Shown piece by piece: positions 9,854-21,118 of a stretch of DNA of 124,000 nucleotides. The translations under genes and the position numbers were made by a program. This stretch comes from Hyalangium minutum (GTDB taxonomy: Bacteria > Myxococcota > Myxococcia > Myxococcales > Myxococcaceae). The notes under the pieces are model-generated. The model saw only the letters and a list, made by a program, of their open reading frames with translations. It made no database searches and was not told the DNA's origin. The first letter of the stretch is position 1, and each line of letters begins with the position of its first letter. The stretch spans positions 20,001 to 144,000 of the forward strand of contig NZ_JMCB01000008.1 in the NCBI RefSeq assembly GCF_000737315.1, given 5' to 3'.

Positions 9854-12283
9854 CTACTCCGCCTTGAGCCCTTCGACCGGCTCCACACTGCTGGCCTTGA
9901 GCGCCGGATAGATGGAGGCCAGGTACGTGACGAGCACCGCGATGACCACGGCCAGGATCGTCTGCACGGGCTCGATCTTCACCGGCAGCGCGGGGATGTA
10001 ATAGACCTGCGGGTCCAGCTTGATGCCCACTTTCTCGATGAAGAGGCACCAGGCCAGGCCGGACAACAGCCCCAGCAGGCCTCCGGCCACGCCAATCTGC
10101 AGGCCCTCCGCGAGGAAGATCTTCACGATGCCGCCGTCGGGCACGCCCAGCGCCTTGAGGACGGAGATCTCCTTGCGCTTCTCCAGCACCAGCATGATGA
10201 CCGTGGCGACGATGAGCCCCGCGGCCACGATGATGATGATGGAGAGGATGATGCCCATCACCAGCTTCTCCAGGCGCAGCGCGGAGAAGAGGTTGCGGTT
10301 GGTCTCGCTCCAGTCGCGAGCCCGGTAGGGGTAGCTGCCCAGCTTGCGGACCACCTCGGCGGCGATGTGCCGCGCGTCGTCGATGTCCGCCACCTTGAGA
10401 TCGATGCCGTTGGCGCCCTTCACGTCGAAGAACTTCGCGGCCTCGTCCAGCAAGATGTAGACGAACTTGGCGTCATACTCGTACATGCCCGAGTAGAAGA
10501 CGCCAGCCACGCGGAATACGCGGCTCTTCGGCATGGGCCCCTGCGGCCCCAGCTCCGTGCCCAGCGGCGAGACGATGTTCACCTTGTCGCCCACCACCAC
10601 GCGCAGGGCTGCGGCCAGCTCGCGCCCGAGGACGATGCCCGCCAGCACCTGCTCCTGTGCCGGCTTCGTCCTCTTGCCGATGATGGGGTCCTCCTCCTCT
10701 TCCTCCTCGGGAGCGCTCTGCGTGCCGGAGCCCTGCCCGCCCGCGGGCTTGTCGTCCAGCATGGGCCCGCCCGCGCCTCGGCGCACGCGGTCAGAGAGGA
10801 TGAGCTCCGGCTTCTTGAGGTACTCCAGCGAGCCGCCCGGCAGCATGTACCCCGGCAGGTCCGTCACCGAGCCCACCGTGTCCGGATCGATGCCCTTGAT
10901 GACCACGCCGTCCACGTTGCCGTCCGAGACGATCATCACCTGGTTGGTGATGAACGGCGACTGGCCGATGACGCCGGGCACCTTGGCGATCTGCTCCATC
11001 AGCTTGGGGTACTCGGGCAGGTCTCCCGCGTACTTGGACACCACCGCGTGCGCGTGCGTGCCGAGGATCTTCTGCTGCAGATCGATCTCGAAGCCGCTCA
11101 TCACCGACAGCACGACGATGAGCGCCATCACGCCCACGCCGACGCCGCCCACGGACAGCGCCGTCATCATCATCGTGGGCGACTGCTCGCGCAGCTTGAG
11201 CTTGTGGAGCGCCTCGGCGGCGGCGAGCGGATCGGCCAGGCCCAGGGCGCGGATACGGGTGCGCTCGACCGCGGCCTCCACTGCCCGGACGATGCCGTAG
11301 ATGAGCAGCGGCGGGACGATGCCCAGCATCAGCACCGCCATGGTGCCCAGCAGCAGCGAGGGGCGGAACACCGCCACATGCCGGCGGGCCACGAACAGCT
11401 CGAAGCCCGCGCGCAGATCCAACCGGCCGCTGCCCGCTGCGACGAAGCCGGAGTTGATGCCGAGCACCAGCATCAGCACGAGCAGCCCGAACACCAGCCA
11501 GTAGGACAGCTCGGGGCGGCCGATGAGACCCGCGACGTAGGTGACTTCACGCAGCAGGGGCCCCAGGCGAGCCTGGAGGATGCTCACCCGATCCAGCAGC
11601 GTGAGCAGGATGGGGATGGGCAGGCCCAGGTAGAAGACACCGATGGTGGCCTCGGGCAGCGACAGCCGCTTGGCCCGCGCCGCGCCGATAGCTCCCGAGA
11701 TGAACGCCACGCCGCACGCCACCAGGAGCGCCACCGCGAAGGCCCAAGGAGGCGCCAGCTTCCACGAGCTGGAGGCCGCTGTCGCCTCGTCCAGTTGCAC
11801 GCCGCTGGAGAGCAGCGTCTGCAGCAGGATGAGGACCATCTCCGCCAGCAGGACACCGCCGCCGTAGGCCCCCAACGTGCTCCAGTAGAAGTCCCGATAG
11901 CCCGCGAGCCGGGGGTACAGCGTGGCTCCCGCGGCGGGGCTCGGGCCCTCGGTGGTAGCCGGAGCCCGGCGAATGCCCGCAGCCAGGATGCCCCAGCCGG
12001 CCAGCCAGGCGAGCGTGCCCGCCACGAGGAACTGCGTGCCCCCGAGCGCCAGCGGCTGCTTCAGCCCGAGCTCGACCGGGATGATGGACAGGGCGTTGAG
12101 GGTGGACAGGAGACTGCCCCACCCCATGAGCGACACACCGAGCGAGCTGGCCACCTCGGCCCAGGCCTGAGAACGGGAAACAGCCACCCCGAGCAGCACG
12201 AAGCCCACGAGGGCCACGAGCGAGCCGGCCCAGATGAGGCCCCAGCGATAGACGGTCTGCCGTTCAGCGGTTTGCACAGGCAC
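9854..12283 (-). CDS. lolE: LolC/E-family permease with large N-terminal membrane extension
   Basis: GVMALIVVLSVMSGF, GMYEYD, W...N..LFSAL.LEK, EI.VLKALG motifs; extra hydrophobic N-terminal part of about 300 aa. Confidence 0.85.
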   Translation of the reverse strand: MPVQTAERQTVYRWGLIWAGSLVALVGFVLLGVAVSRSQAWAEVASSLGVSLMGWGSLLSTLNALSIIPVELGLKQPLALGGTQFLVAGTLAWLAGWGILAAGIRRAPATTEGPSPAAGATLYPRLAGYRDFYWSTLGAYGGGVLLAEMVLILLQTLLSSGVQLDEATAASSSWKLAPPWAFAVALLVACGVAFISGAIGAARAKRLSLPEATIGVFYLGLPIPILLTLLDRVSILQARLGPLLREVTYVAGLIGRPELSYWLVFGLLVLMLVLGINSGFVAAGSGRLDLRAGFELFVARRHVAVFRPSLLLGTMAVLMLGIVPPLLIYGIVRAVEAAVERTRIRALGLADPLAAAEALHKLKLREQSPTMMMTALSVGGVGVGVMALIVVLSVMSGFEIDLQQKILGTHAHAVVSKYAGDLPEYPKLMEQIAKVPGVIGQSPFITNQVMIVSDGNVDGVVIKGIDPDTVGSVTDLPGYMLPGGSLEYLKKPELILSDRVRRGAGGPMLDDKPAGGQGSGTQSAPEEEEEEDPIIGKRTKPAQEQVLAGIVLGRELAAALRVVVGDKVNIVSPLGTELGPQGPMPKSRVFRVAGVFYSGMYEYDAKFVYILLDEAAKFFDVKGANGIDLKVADIDDARHIAAEVVRKLGSYPYRARDWSETNRNLFSALRLEKLVMGIILSIIIIVAAGLIVATVIMLVLEKRKEISVLKALGVPDGGIVKIFLAEGLQIGVAGGLLGLLSGLAWCLFIEKVGIKLDPQVYYIPALPVKIEPVQTILAVVIAVLVTYLASIYPALKASSVEPVEGLKAE

Positions 12284-12288
12284 CTTGG

Positions 12289-13842
<1,554 letters not shown>

Positions 13843-13957
13843 GGCGCGTCCCTTCAAGGGCGCGGCACCGTAGCCAAGCGCTCCCCGGGACGCAACGCAT
13901 CATGTCCTGTTTATGAGAGCCGGAAGGTTCGCTCGGAGTCTCTCCCCGGCAGGGAGG

Positions 13958-14341
13958 TCACGAAGCGGACAGCATCAGGAAGGCGGCCACCGCCGCGGCT
14001 AGCAGCAGCGGAATCAGCACCTCCACGGGCACCCGGTGGTAATTGTGCGCCAGGTGCAGCTTGCGCAGCCCGAACCGCCGCTCGCGCTTCACCCGGTTCA
14101 GCACCATCGACGTCATCACCGGCGGCGCCTTCTCCCGCTCCACCGTGCGAACCCGCTGGACCGTCTTCTCGTACCGCACCCACCCCGCACGGCACTCATC
14201 GCAGCCGTCCAGGTGCGAACGCACCGCCGTCGCCTGCGGCTCCGGCAGTTCCTCGTCAGCCAGCGCGAAGAACAGCGCCTTCGCTTCCCGGTGGTTCAGT
14301 TGCGGTTCCACGTCCCTCAGTCTCCGCTGAATCCCACTCAT
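13958..14341 (-). CDS. ZAS/zf-HC2 anti-sigma factor
   Basis: HLDGCDEC (HxxxCxxC) and C-terminal TM; overlaps the ECF sigma stop. Confidence 0.85.
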   Translation of the reverse strand: MSGIQRRLRDVEPQLNHREAKALFFALADEELPEPQATAVRSHLDGCDECRAGWVRYEKTVQRVRTVEREKAPPVMTSMVLNRVKRERRFGLRKLHLAHNYHRVPVEVLIPLLLAAAVAAFLMLSAS

Positions 14342-14976
14342 TCCTCAAGCCGCCCCAGCAGGTCCGCCAGTTTCTCACGCGCCCGGTGCAACCTGCTCTT
14401 CACCGTCCCCTCCGCCAACTCCGTGATCTCGATAATTTCCTCGTAACTCAGCCCTTCAATATCTCGCAGCGCCACCAACATCCGCGCGTCCGGCTCCAGC
14501 TGCGAGATCGCCCACTGCACCCGCGCCCGCTCCCGCGCCGACTCCAATGCCGCGTCAGGCCCTGGCGGTGCGCCCATGGCATTCATCAGCGCATCTTCGC
14601 CCACTTCTCCATACTCCTCGGAGCGGCCCCGGCCTCGGCGCTTCAGGTACTTGAGGCGGTTGATGCACTGGTTCTTGCTGATGCGGAAGATCCACGTGGA
14701 CAGCTTGGAGTCCTCGCGGAACTTGCCCACGTTCTGGTGGATGCTCACGAAGATCTCCTGGACGAGATCACTCGCCTCCTCGCGGTCCCCCAGCATCCGG
14801 ACGCAGAAGTCGTAGACCCGGTCCTGGTGCTCGCGCACGAGCACCTCGAAGGCCTCGGGCTCGCCCCGGCGCAGCCTCGCCAGGAGCAGACGGTCACCCT
14901 CCCCGTCCACCGCCCCAGCCTCCTGTCCTATGCCGAGCACTTCGCTCGAAGACACCGGCACCCTCCGTGGCCCCAC
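14338..14976 (-). CDS. ECF sigma factor
   Basis: DLVQEIF, LSTWIFRI, region 4 GLSYEEI...GTVKSRLHRAR. Confidence 0.95.
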   Translation of the reverse strand: MGPRRVPVSSSEVLGIGQEAGAVDGEGDRLLLARLRRGEPEAFEVLVREHQDRVYDFCVRMLGDREEASDLVQEIFVSIHQNVGKFREDSKLSTWIFRISKNQCINRLKYLKRRGRGRSEEYGEVGEDALMNAMGAPPGPDAALESARERARVQWAISQLEPDARMLVALRDIEGLSYEEIIEITELAEGTVKSRLHRAREKLADLLGRLEE

Positions 14977-15066
14977 TCCCAGGCATCCCTGCAGCCTACT
15001 ACATCGGCTCCGGCTGCCCGCGGACCCTTGGACACCGGGCCCGCGAAGAGGTTCCCGGAGGCGCGA

Positions 15067-16189
15067 TTAGTCGACGGCGGCGTTGCGGTTGGGGTTCTTC
15101 ACCCCGAGCAGCTGCGCGGTGATGAAGTCGTCCAGGCTGCCGTCCAGCACCGAGTCCACGTTGCCCGTCTCCACGCCCGTGCGCAGGTCCTTCACCATGC
15201 GGTACGGCGCCAGAACGTAGCTGCGGATCTGCGAGCCGAAGGAGATGTCCTTCTTCTGCGCCTCGGCCGCGTCGCGCTCGGCCTCGCGCCTCTTCAGCTC
15301 CATCTCGTACAGGCGCGCCCGGAGGATCTTGAACGCCATGTCCTTGTTGGCCGACTGCGAGCGCTCCGTCTGGCAGGTGATCAGGATGCCCGTGGGCAGG
15401 TGCCGCAGCTGCGCCGTGGACGAAGTCTTGTTCACCTTCTGGCCGCCCGCGCCGCCGCCCCGGATGAACTTCAGCTCGTAGTCCTTCTCCGGGATGTCGA
15501 TCTTGATGGAGTCATCCACCTCTGGGTAGACGTCCACCGAGGCAAAGGCCGTCTGCCGCCGCGCGTTCGCATCGAACGGGCTGATGCGCACCAGCCGGTG
15601 CACGCCGATCTCCGCCTTGAGGTAGCCGTAGGCGTACTCGCCCTTGATGTGGAGCGAGACGTTCTTGAAGCCCGCCTCCTCGCCCGCGACCATGTCGTTG
15701 ACTTCCACTTCCCAGCCGCGCTGCTCGCAGAAGCGCGTGTACATGCGCATCAGCATGGCCGCCCAGTCCATGCTGTCCGTGCCGCCCGCGCCCGCGTTGA
15801 TGTCCATGAAGCAGTTGCTGCGGTCGTTCTCACCCGACAGCATCCGCGCCAGTTCCAGCTTGGCGACCTCCGCCTCCAGCGCCGGCAGCGTGCTCTCCGC
15901 CTCTTGGGCGCTGGCCTCGTCATGGGCCTCCTGCGCCAGCTCCATCAGCGTCTGCGCGTCGTCCAGGCCCCGGAGCGTCTTGTCAAAGGAGCCGACGCTG
16001 GCTTCCAGGTTGGACTTCTCCTTCAGCAGCGACTGGGCCTTGGTGTTGTCGTCCCAGAAGGTGGGCTGCGTGGAGTCACGCTCGATCAGCGAGATGCGGG
16101 ACCGCTTGCGGTCGAGGTCAAAGATGCCCCCGGAGCGCGAGCAGGCGCTCCCGAAGGCTGCCGATCTTCTCCATCGTGTCGTTCGCCAT
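15067..16189 (-). CDS. prfB: Peptide chain release factor 2, +1 programmed frameshift
   Basis: MANDTMEKIGSLRERLLALRGHL then CTT TGA C at 16123-16117, continuing DLDRKRSRI in the +1 frame; GGQ and SPF motifs; 1123 nt = 374 codons + 1. Confidence 0.95.
16117..16132 (-). promoter_or_regulatory. prfB frameshift signal (internal SD + CTT-TGA-C)
   Basis: Minus strand CGGGGG CAT CTT TGA C matches the canonical RF2 shift site. Confidence 0.93.
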
Positions 16190-16222
16190 GGTGCTTTCCT
16201 CGTTGAACGCGCGGCGTGCGCG

Positions 16223-17536
16223 CTAGGGAGTCTTCAGGGTGGAAGAGAGGGGCTGACGCTCGGACTTGCGGCTTCCTGAGGCCACCTGCGCCAGCAGCCG
16301 GTCCAGATCGAAGGCGCCCGAGAAGCCCAGCGAGATGGGCAGGATGAAGGCGATCAGCCGCCAGTTATCCTGGTTGAACGCCGGGAGGAGCTTGAGTGCC
16401 AGCCCGAGCGTCCCGGTGGCCGCCAGCGTCCGCCACAGGAAGCGCAGCCCCGAGCGCGCCCGCGCCGAGCCCCACGTCAGCATGAGCCCCAGCGGCGCCA
16501 CCAGCAGCGTGAGCGGGTTGGCCAGGAAGAGGTTCTCGTTGCGGTACGTCACCGTGTGGTCCGTGAAGAGCCACATGATCATCAGCACGGTGCCCGGCAA
16601 GCCCAGCACCAGTCCCAGCACCACCTGCTCCAGCCCCAGCAGCACACGCGGCAGCCGAGCCCCTCGCCGTCCCCAGTACGCCAGCCCCACCGCACTGCCA
16701 CCGATGGCCAGGCCCAGCAGGAGCATCCATGGGCCGTAGTTCGGCGGCTCCTCGGGAGGCGGCTTCCGGTCGGACTTGTAGAACTCCCAGCTGCGCGCGA
16801 CAAGCGGCGCCTTCTGCCCGTCTGGCCCCGTCACCTGGAGCGAGCCCACCTGCCGCTCCAGCTCGTCCGGGAGGAAGGCCTCCTCCCAACGGGTGACGGG
16901 CCGGTCGATCTCGTCGTTCATCAGGAAGTCGAGAAGCACGCTCATGGGCGCGCTGACCGCGGTGTAGCGCCGCGTGTGCTCGCGCAGCGTCATCCGCCCC
17001 GGGGCCTTGTCCGCCTCCCGGAGCTGTCCACCAATGGCTCGGTCCACCATGTCCCGGAGCCGGGTGACGCAGTTGTCGTTGTAGTGGTGGTAGAGATACT
17101 CGCGGTTCTCCGGCAGGACGTTCGTCGCGAGCAGGCGGCCAATCTCCTCACGCTGCACGGGCGTCAGGTTCAGCTCCTGGACGCGCACGTCCCGGTTGTA
17201 CGCCCGGTAGGCCCGGTAGGTCCCCGCCACGCTCGCCTCGGCCACCCAGAACTCCAGCCGCCCCATCGCGTAGCGGCCGAGCATGGTCGAGTCGAAGGAG
17301 AACATCCCGTAGTTGTAGAGGCGCGCCGCACCCAGCCGCTTGTCCTCCACCACCAGCGAGCCATGCCCCCACCACGAGGCCACGTCATCCCCAGGGCTGA
17401 ACGTCACCAGCGAGATGACCAGATCCTCGCCCTTGCTCTCCCCAGTCCCCCAGGGAGGCGGTGAGGCCGCGAGGGCCGGTGCCGCGAAGAGCAGCAGGCC
17501 GAGCAGGCAGGCAATCCATGGCGCAGATCGGGGCAT
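16223..17536 (-). CDS. DUF4105 / Lnb-like membrane protein
   Basis: Signal peptide; LVTFSPG, WGH, YNYGMF, YLYHHYNDNCVTRLRD; about 4 C-terminal TMs. Confidence 0.75.
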   Translation of the reverse strand: MPRSAPWIACLLGLLLFAAPALAASPPPWGTGESKGEDLVISLVTFSPGDDVASWWGHGSLVVEDKRLGAARLYNYGMFSFDSTMLGRYAMGRLEFWVAEASVAGTYRAYRAYNRDVRVQELNLTPVQREEIGRLLATNVLPENREYLYHHYNDNCVTRLRDMVDRAIGGQLREADKAPGRMTLREHTRRYTAVSAPMSVLLDFLMNDEIDRPVTRWEEAFLPDELERQVGSLQVTGPDGQKAPLVARSWEFYKSDRKPPPEEPPNYGPWMLLLGLAIGGSAVGLAYWGRRGARLPRVLLGLEQVVLGLVLGLPGTVLMIMWLFTDHTVTYRNENLFLANPLTLLVAPLGLMLTWGSARARSGLRFLWRTLAATGTLGLALKLLPAFNQDNWRLIAFILPISLGFSGAFDLDRLLAQVASGSRKSERQPLSSTLKTP

Positions 17537-17611
17537 GTTCTGTCCAACAGCGAGAGCCCTACCTACCTATCATGCGCGCCGCGCGACACAACGGAGAGGT
17601 TCGCCCGACTG

Positions 17612-18457
17612 TCAGACAAGCCGCCGGGCCCGGCTGGCCCGCACCGCGTCGGCCACCATGCCCCCCTGCCCGAGGAGCTTCTCCTCCAGGGTCGCCATCT
17701 TCCGGGCGTCCTGGGGGCGCTCGTGGTCGTGCCCGAGCAGGTGCAGCAGGCCGTGAGCAAGGTAGCGGGACACCTCCTGCTCCAGCGTCCGGCTGTACTC
17801 CTTGGCCTGCCGCTTGGCCGTGTCCAGGGAGATGACCACGTCCCCCAGCTGCCGCGGCCCCGGCGTGCCCTTGGGCAGATCGCCCGCCGGGAAGCTCAGC
17901 ACGTCCGTGGCCTTGTCCTTCTTGCGCCACGTCCGGTTGAGCCGGCGGATCGCCCGGTCCCCCACCAGCGAGAGGGACAGCTCACAGCCGTGCAGGTCCA
18001 GCCGGTCCATGTACGTGCGCCCCAGCGAGGCGAGCCACTTCTCCATCGCCTCGCCCTGGGCGTGCGCCACCTGCACGGTGACGTGGTTGGCCTCGGGGGT
18101 CTCCTCCACGGTCTCTGCGTGCGCCAGCTCGGGCCGGAACGCCGGGGCGCAGATGGACCAATAGTCACATGCCCCCTGCCCGTCGTTGCTGTACGTGACG
18201 CGCCGGCCCCGGGGCACCCAGCCCACCTCTCCCGCGGCGATGCGCTCGCGCTTGCCGTCGATGACCAGCGTCAGCTCGCCGCGCAGCACCAGCACGGCCT
18301 CGTCGAACTCGGGCTTCTGCGCGGGCTCGGACCAGCCCGGCGGCGCCAGCATCCGCGCCACGGACACGGAGGGATTCCCCGTGGTCGCCGCGCCAATGAA
18401 CTCCTCGATGCGCTTCCCATCCTCGCGGGGGATGAGCTTTCCCTTGCGCAGTCTCAC
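17612..18457 (-). CDS. ybeY: YbeY endoribonuclease with N-terminal cupin domain
   Basis: LNRTWRKKDKATDVLSF, LGDVVIS, HGLLHLLGHDH; N-terminal EFDEAVLVLRGEL cupin. Confidence 0.9.
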   Translation of the reverse strand: MRLRKGKLIPREDGKRIEEFIGAATTGNPSVSVARMLAPPGWSEPAQKPEFDEAVLVLRGELTLVIDGKRERIAAGEVGWVPRGRRVTYSNDGQGACDYWSICAPAFRPELAHAETVEETPEANHVTVQVAHAQGEAMEKWLASLGRTYMDRLDLHGCELSLSLVGDRAIRRLNRTWRKKDKATDVLSFPAGDLPKGTPGPRQLGDVVISLDTAKRQAKEYSRTLEQEVSRYLAHGLLHLLGHDHERPQDARKMATLEEKLLGQGGMVADAVRASRARRLV

Positions 18458-18484
18458 GATGTGCGGCTCCTCGGGGGGACAGCC

Positions 18485-21010
18485 TCAGGCGCTGCGGATC
18501 TTGCCATCCTGCTTGGACGAGGACGCCACCACCAGCGGGCCCGTCTTCGAGCCTCCCGCCAGCGCTCCAGCCGGGTACTGCGGACGGGCGTGGTAGATGC
18601 CCTCGAGCGTGTGGAGAAACGAGCCGGCGATCCGGTTCAGGTCCTTCAGCGTCAGATCGCACTCGTCCAGCTGGCCCTCGGAGAAGATGAGGTTGATCAT
18701 CTTCTGCACCTGCGCCTGGAGCTTCGGCGAGCTCGGCTCGGGCATGGCGCGCGTGGAGGCCTCCACCGCGTCCGCGATCATCACCAGCGCCGCCTCGCGG
18801 AACTGGGGCTTGGGGCCCGGGTAGCGGAAGATGCTCTCGTCGATGGGCTGAGGGTTCTCCTTGCCCTCCTGCTCCTTCACCGCCTTGTGGAAGAAGTAGC
18901 CCACCAGCCGCGTGCCGTGGTGCTGAGGGATTGCGTCCGCCACCAGCTTGGGCAGCCGGTAGTGCCGCGCCATCTCCAGGCCCTCCGTCACATGGCGCTT
19001 GATGATGACCGCGCTCATGGCCGGCGCCAGCGTGTCGTGCCGGTTATCGCCCTTCTGGTTCTCGCCGAAGTAGAGCGGGTTCCGGCCCTTTCCAATGTCG
19101 TGGTAGTACGCGCACGAGCGCGCCAGCAGCGGGTTGGCCCCAATGGCCTCCGCCGCGTTCTCCACCAGCGTCCCGATGATGATCGAGTGGTGGTAGGTGC
19201 CCGGCGCCTGGACGATGAGCTCCTTGAGCGCCGGGTGGTTCAGGTTGGCCAGCTCCAGCAGCTTGATGTCCGAGGCGTAGCCGAACGTGGCCTCGATGAG
19301 CGGCGTGAGCGCCATCACCATCACCGGCACCGCGAACGCCGTGCCCAGGAAGGCGAACAGCGCCGTGAGCGCCGTGTCTCCCGTGAGCCCCTTGCCCTCC
19401 ACCATGAAGAGGCACAGCACCGCCACCAGGTTCACGATCCCGGTGATGAGGCCCGCCTTGAAGATGCCCACCCTGTCTCTCGCCCGCGTGATCCGGTCGG
19501 CAGCCACCAGCGCGCCCACCAGGGAGTAGACGCCGAACGACAGCGAGTTGCCCAGCATCACCCCCGCCAGGCACGCCAGCACGACGGCGAAGAAGAGCGA
19601 CAGCTCCTCGGACAGGACGAAGCGCACCAGCATTGCGCCAGCCGCCACTGGGAAGGCGTAGTACAGCGCCTCGATGGGCAGCGCCGTGTAGCGATCCTGC
19701 ACCGCGTCAGCGATGGACACCCAGAGCTGCAGCAGCCCCAGCATCACCACCAGCCAGAGCCCCAGCAGCACCCCATCCTTGCGCGTAGGCCGGAACCGCC
19801 GGAACGCCGTGCGGCAGAACACGAACGAGGCCGAGATCAGCAGCGCCACCAGCCCCGTGCCCCCCACCTGGAGCTGCAGCAGATCCAGTTGGTCCGTCTG
19901 CGCGCGCATCCCCTTGAGGATGATGAGGTGCGTCTCGTTCACCAGCTCGCCGTCGCCGATGACGCGCTGCCCCTTCTTCAAGGAGATGATGGAATCCTTC
20001 ACCGCCCCGGCCGCCTTCAGGCGCCGCGCGTTCGTCTCCGCGATGTTGATGGTGAGATCCGGCCGCACCAGCCGCTTGGCCAGCCGCAGCACCGCCCGGC
20101 GCTGAATACCCGGCGCGTCCGGCAGCAGGTTGCCCGGGATGGACGCGAACCGATCCATCTCCGTGTAGGCCTCGCGCGTGTCCATCACGTTCGCCGCGTT
20201 GCCCGGCAGCATCTGCTCCCCGCTGTGGCGCACATCCCGGACCGTGATGCCCTGAGGCCCCTCGCGCAGCAGTTCCTCGCGCGAGCCGGCGATGTAGAGC
20301 GGCCCCCGCTCCGAGCCATACGCGCGCTCCAGGAGCACCAGCGTGGCCGCCTCGGCTTCCTCGGAGAACCCGTTGGACAGCAGCGCCAGGAAGTCCTCCG
20401 CCTCCACCGCCGTGTCCCGCTGGCGGAAGAGCAGTTCCTGGAAGTCGCCCTGCATCACCTCGCGCTCTTTGCGCTGGCGCTCCAGCTCCTCGGGCGTGGG
20501 CGGAACGGGCTTCTTCGGCTTGGGCGCCGGCGCCCCCTTCCGCGCATCGCCGTCCTTGCGTACCTCTGGCTCCCCTTCCCCACCTGGGCCACTCGTCTCG
20601 GCGGTCCGGGTGGCCAGATGGACGCGCATCGCCGCGAAGGCCCGCTTCACCGAGCCGCGGACCTGATCCACGACGGCGGGGTTCAAGTCATACACGGGCA
20701 GCACGGAGTTGCGGGCCTCCTGGCGCCGCTGATCCGTCATTGCACTGTGAGTGACTTCGTAGTCACGGCCCGCCTTGAAGCCCGCGGGCGAGTTGGCCCG
20801 GAAGGGCTTGCCCAGCGAGGCCTCCGTGAGTGCGGGGATCTGCTGGCTGTAGAGCCCGGGGGAGATGACGAAGCCAGCGGCCACGGACACCCCGAGCAAC
20901 AGCACGGCGAGGCTCAGGCGGCGGCCCCAGGCTTTGTCTTCCACCCCCAGACGCCGCATCAGCGCGTCCAGGGGGCTCGGCCTGGGGGTAGAGGGTTCCG
21001 TTTCGGCCAT
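18485..21010 (-). CDS. 7TM-HD phosphohydrolase (PgpH-like)
   Basis: N-terminal TM, extracellular domain, 7TM, APGTYHHS, YHDIGK, H.GT, YPGPKP, VMIADAVEA. Confidence 0.92.
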   Translation of the reverse strand: MAETEPSTPRPSPLDALMRRLGVEDKAWGRRLSLAVLLLGVSVAAGFVISPGLYSQQIPALTEASLGKPFRANSPAGFKAGRDYEVTHSAMTDQRRQEARNSVLPVYDLNPAVVDQVRGSVKRAFAAMRVHLATRTAETSGPGGEGEPEVRKDGDARKGAPAPKPKKPVPPTPEELERQRKEREVMQGDFQELLFRQRDTAVEAEDFLALLSNGFSEEAEAATLVLLERAYGSERGPLYIAGSREELLREGPQGITVRDVRHSGEQMLPGNAANVMDTREAYTEMDRFASIPGNLLPDAPGIQRRAVLRLAKRLVRPDLTINIAETNARRLKAAGAVKDSIISLKKGQRVIGDGELVNETHLIILKGMRAQTDQLDLLQLQVGGTGLVALLISASFVFCRTAFRRFRPTRKDGVLLGLWLVVMLGLLQLWVSIADAVQDRYTALPIEALYYAFPVAAGAMLVRFVLSEELSLFFAVVLACLAGVMLGNSLSFGVYSLVGALVAADRITRARDRVGIFKAGLITGIVNLVAVLCLFMVEGKGLTGDTALTALFAFLGTAFAVPVMVMALTPLIEATFGYASDIKLLELANLNHPALKELIVQAPGTYHHSIIIGTLVENAAEAIGANPLLARSCAYYHDIGKGRNPLYFGENQKGDNRHDTLAPAMSAVIIKRHVTEGLEMARHYRLPKLVADAIPQHHGTRLVGYFFHKAVKEQEGKENPQPIDESIFRYPGPKPQFREAALVMIADAVEASTRAMPEPSSPKLQAQVQKMINLIFSEGQLDECDLTLKDLNRIAGSFLHTLEGIYHARPQYPAGALAGGSKTGPLVVASSSKQDGKIRSA

Positions 21011-21118
21011 GGAACCCCGACCCTATGCAACCCGGGACCGCCCTATCAAGGACGCAGGGCCTCTCCAGGCCCCTGCGCCGGTCGCCAGGAAGCTGGCCAA
21101 ACGGCCAACCCCTTGAAA

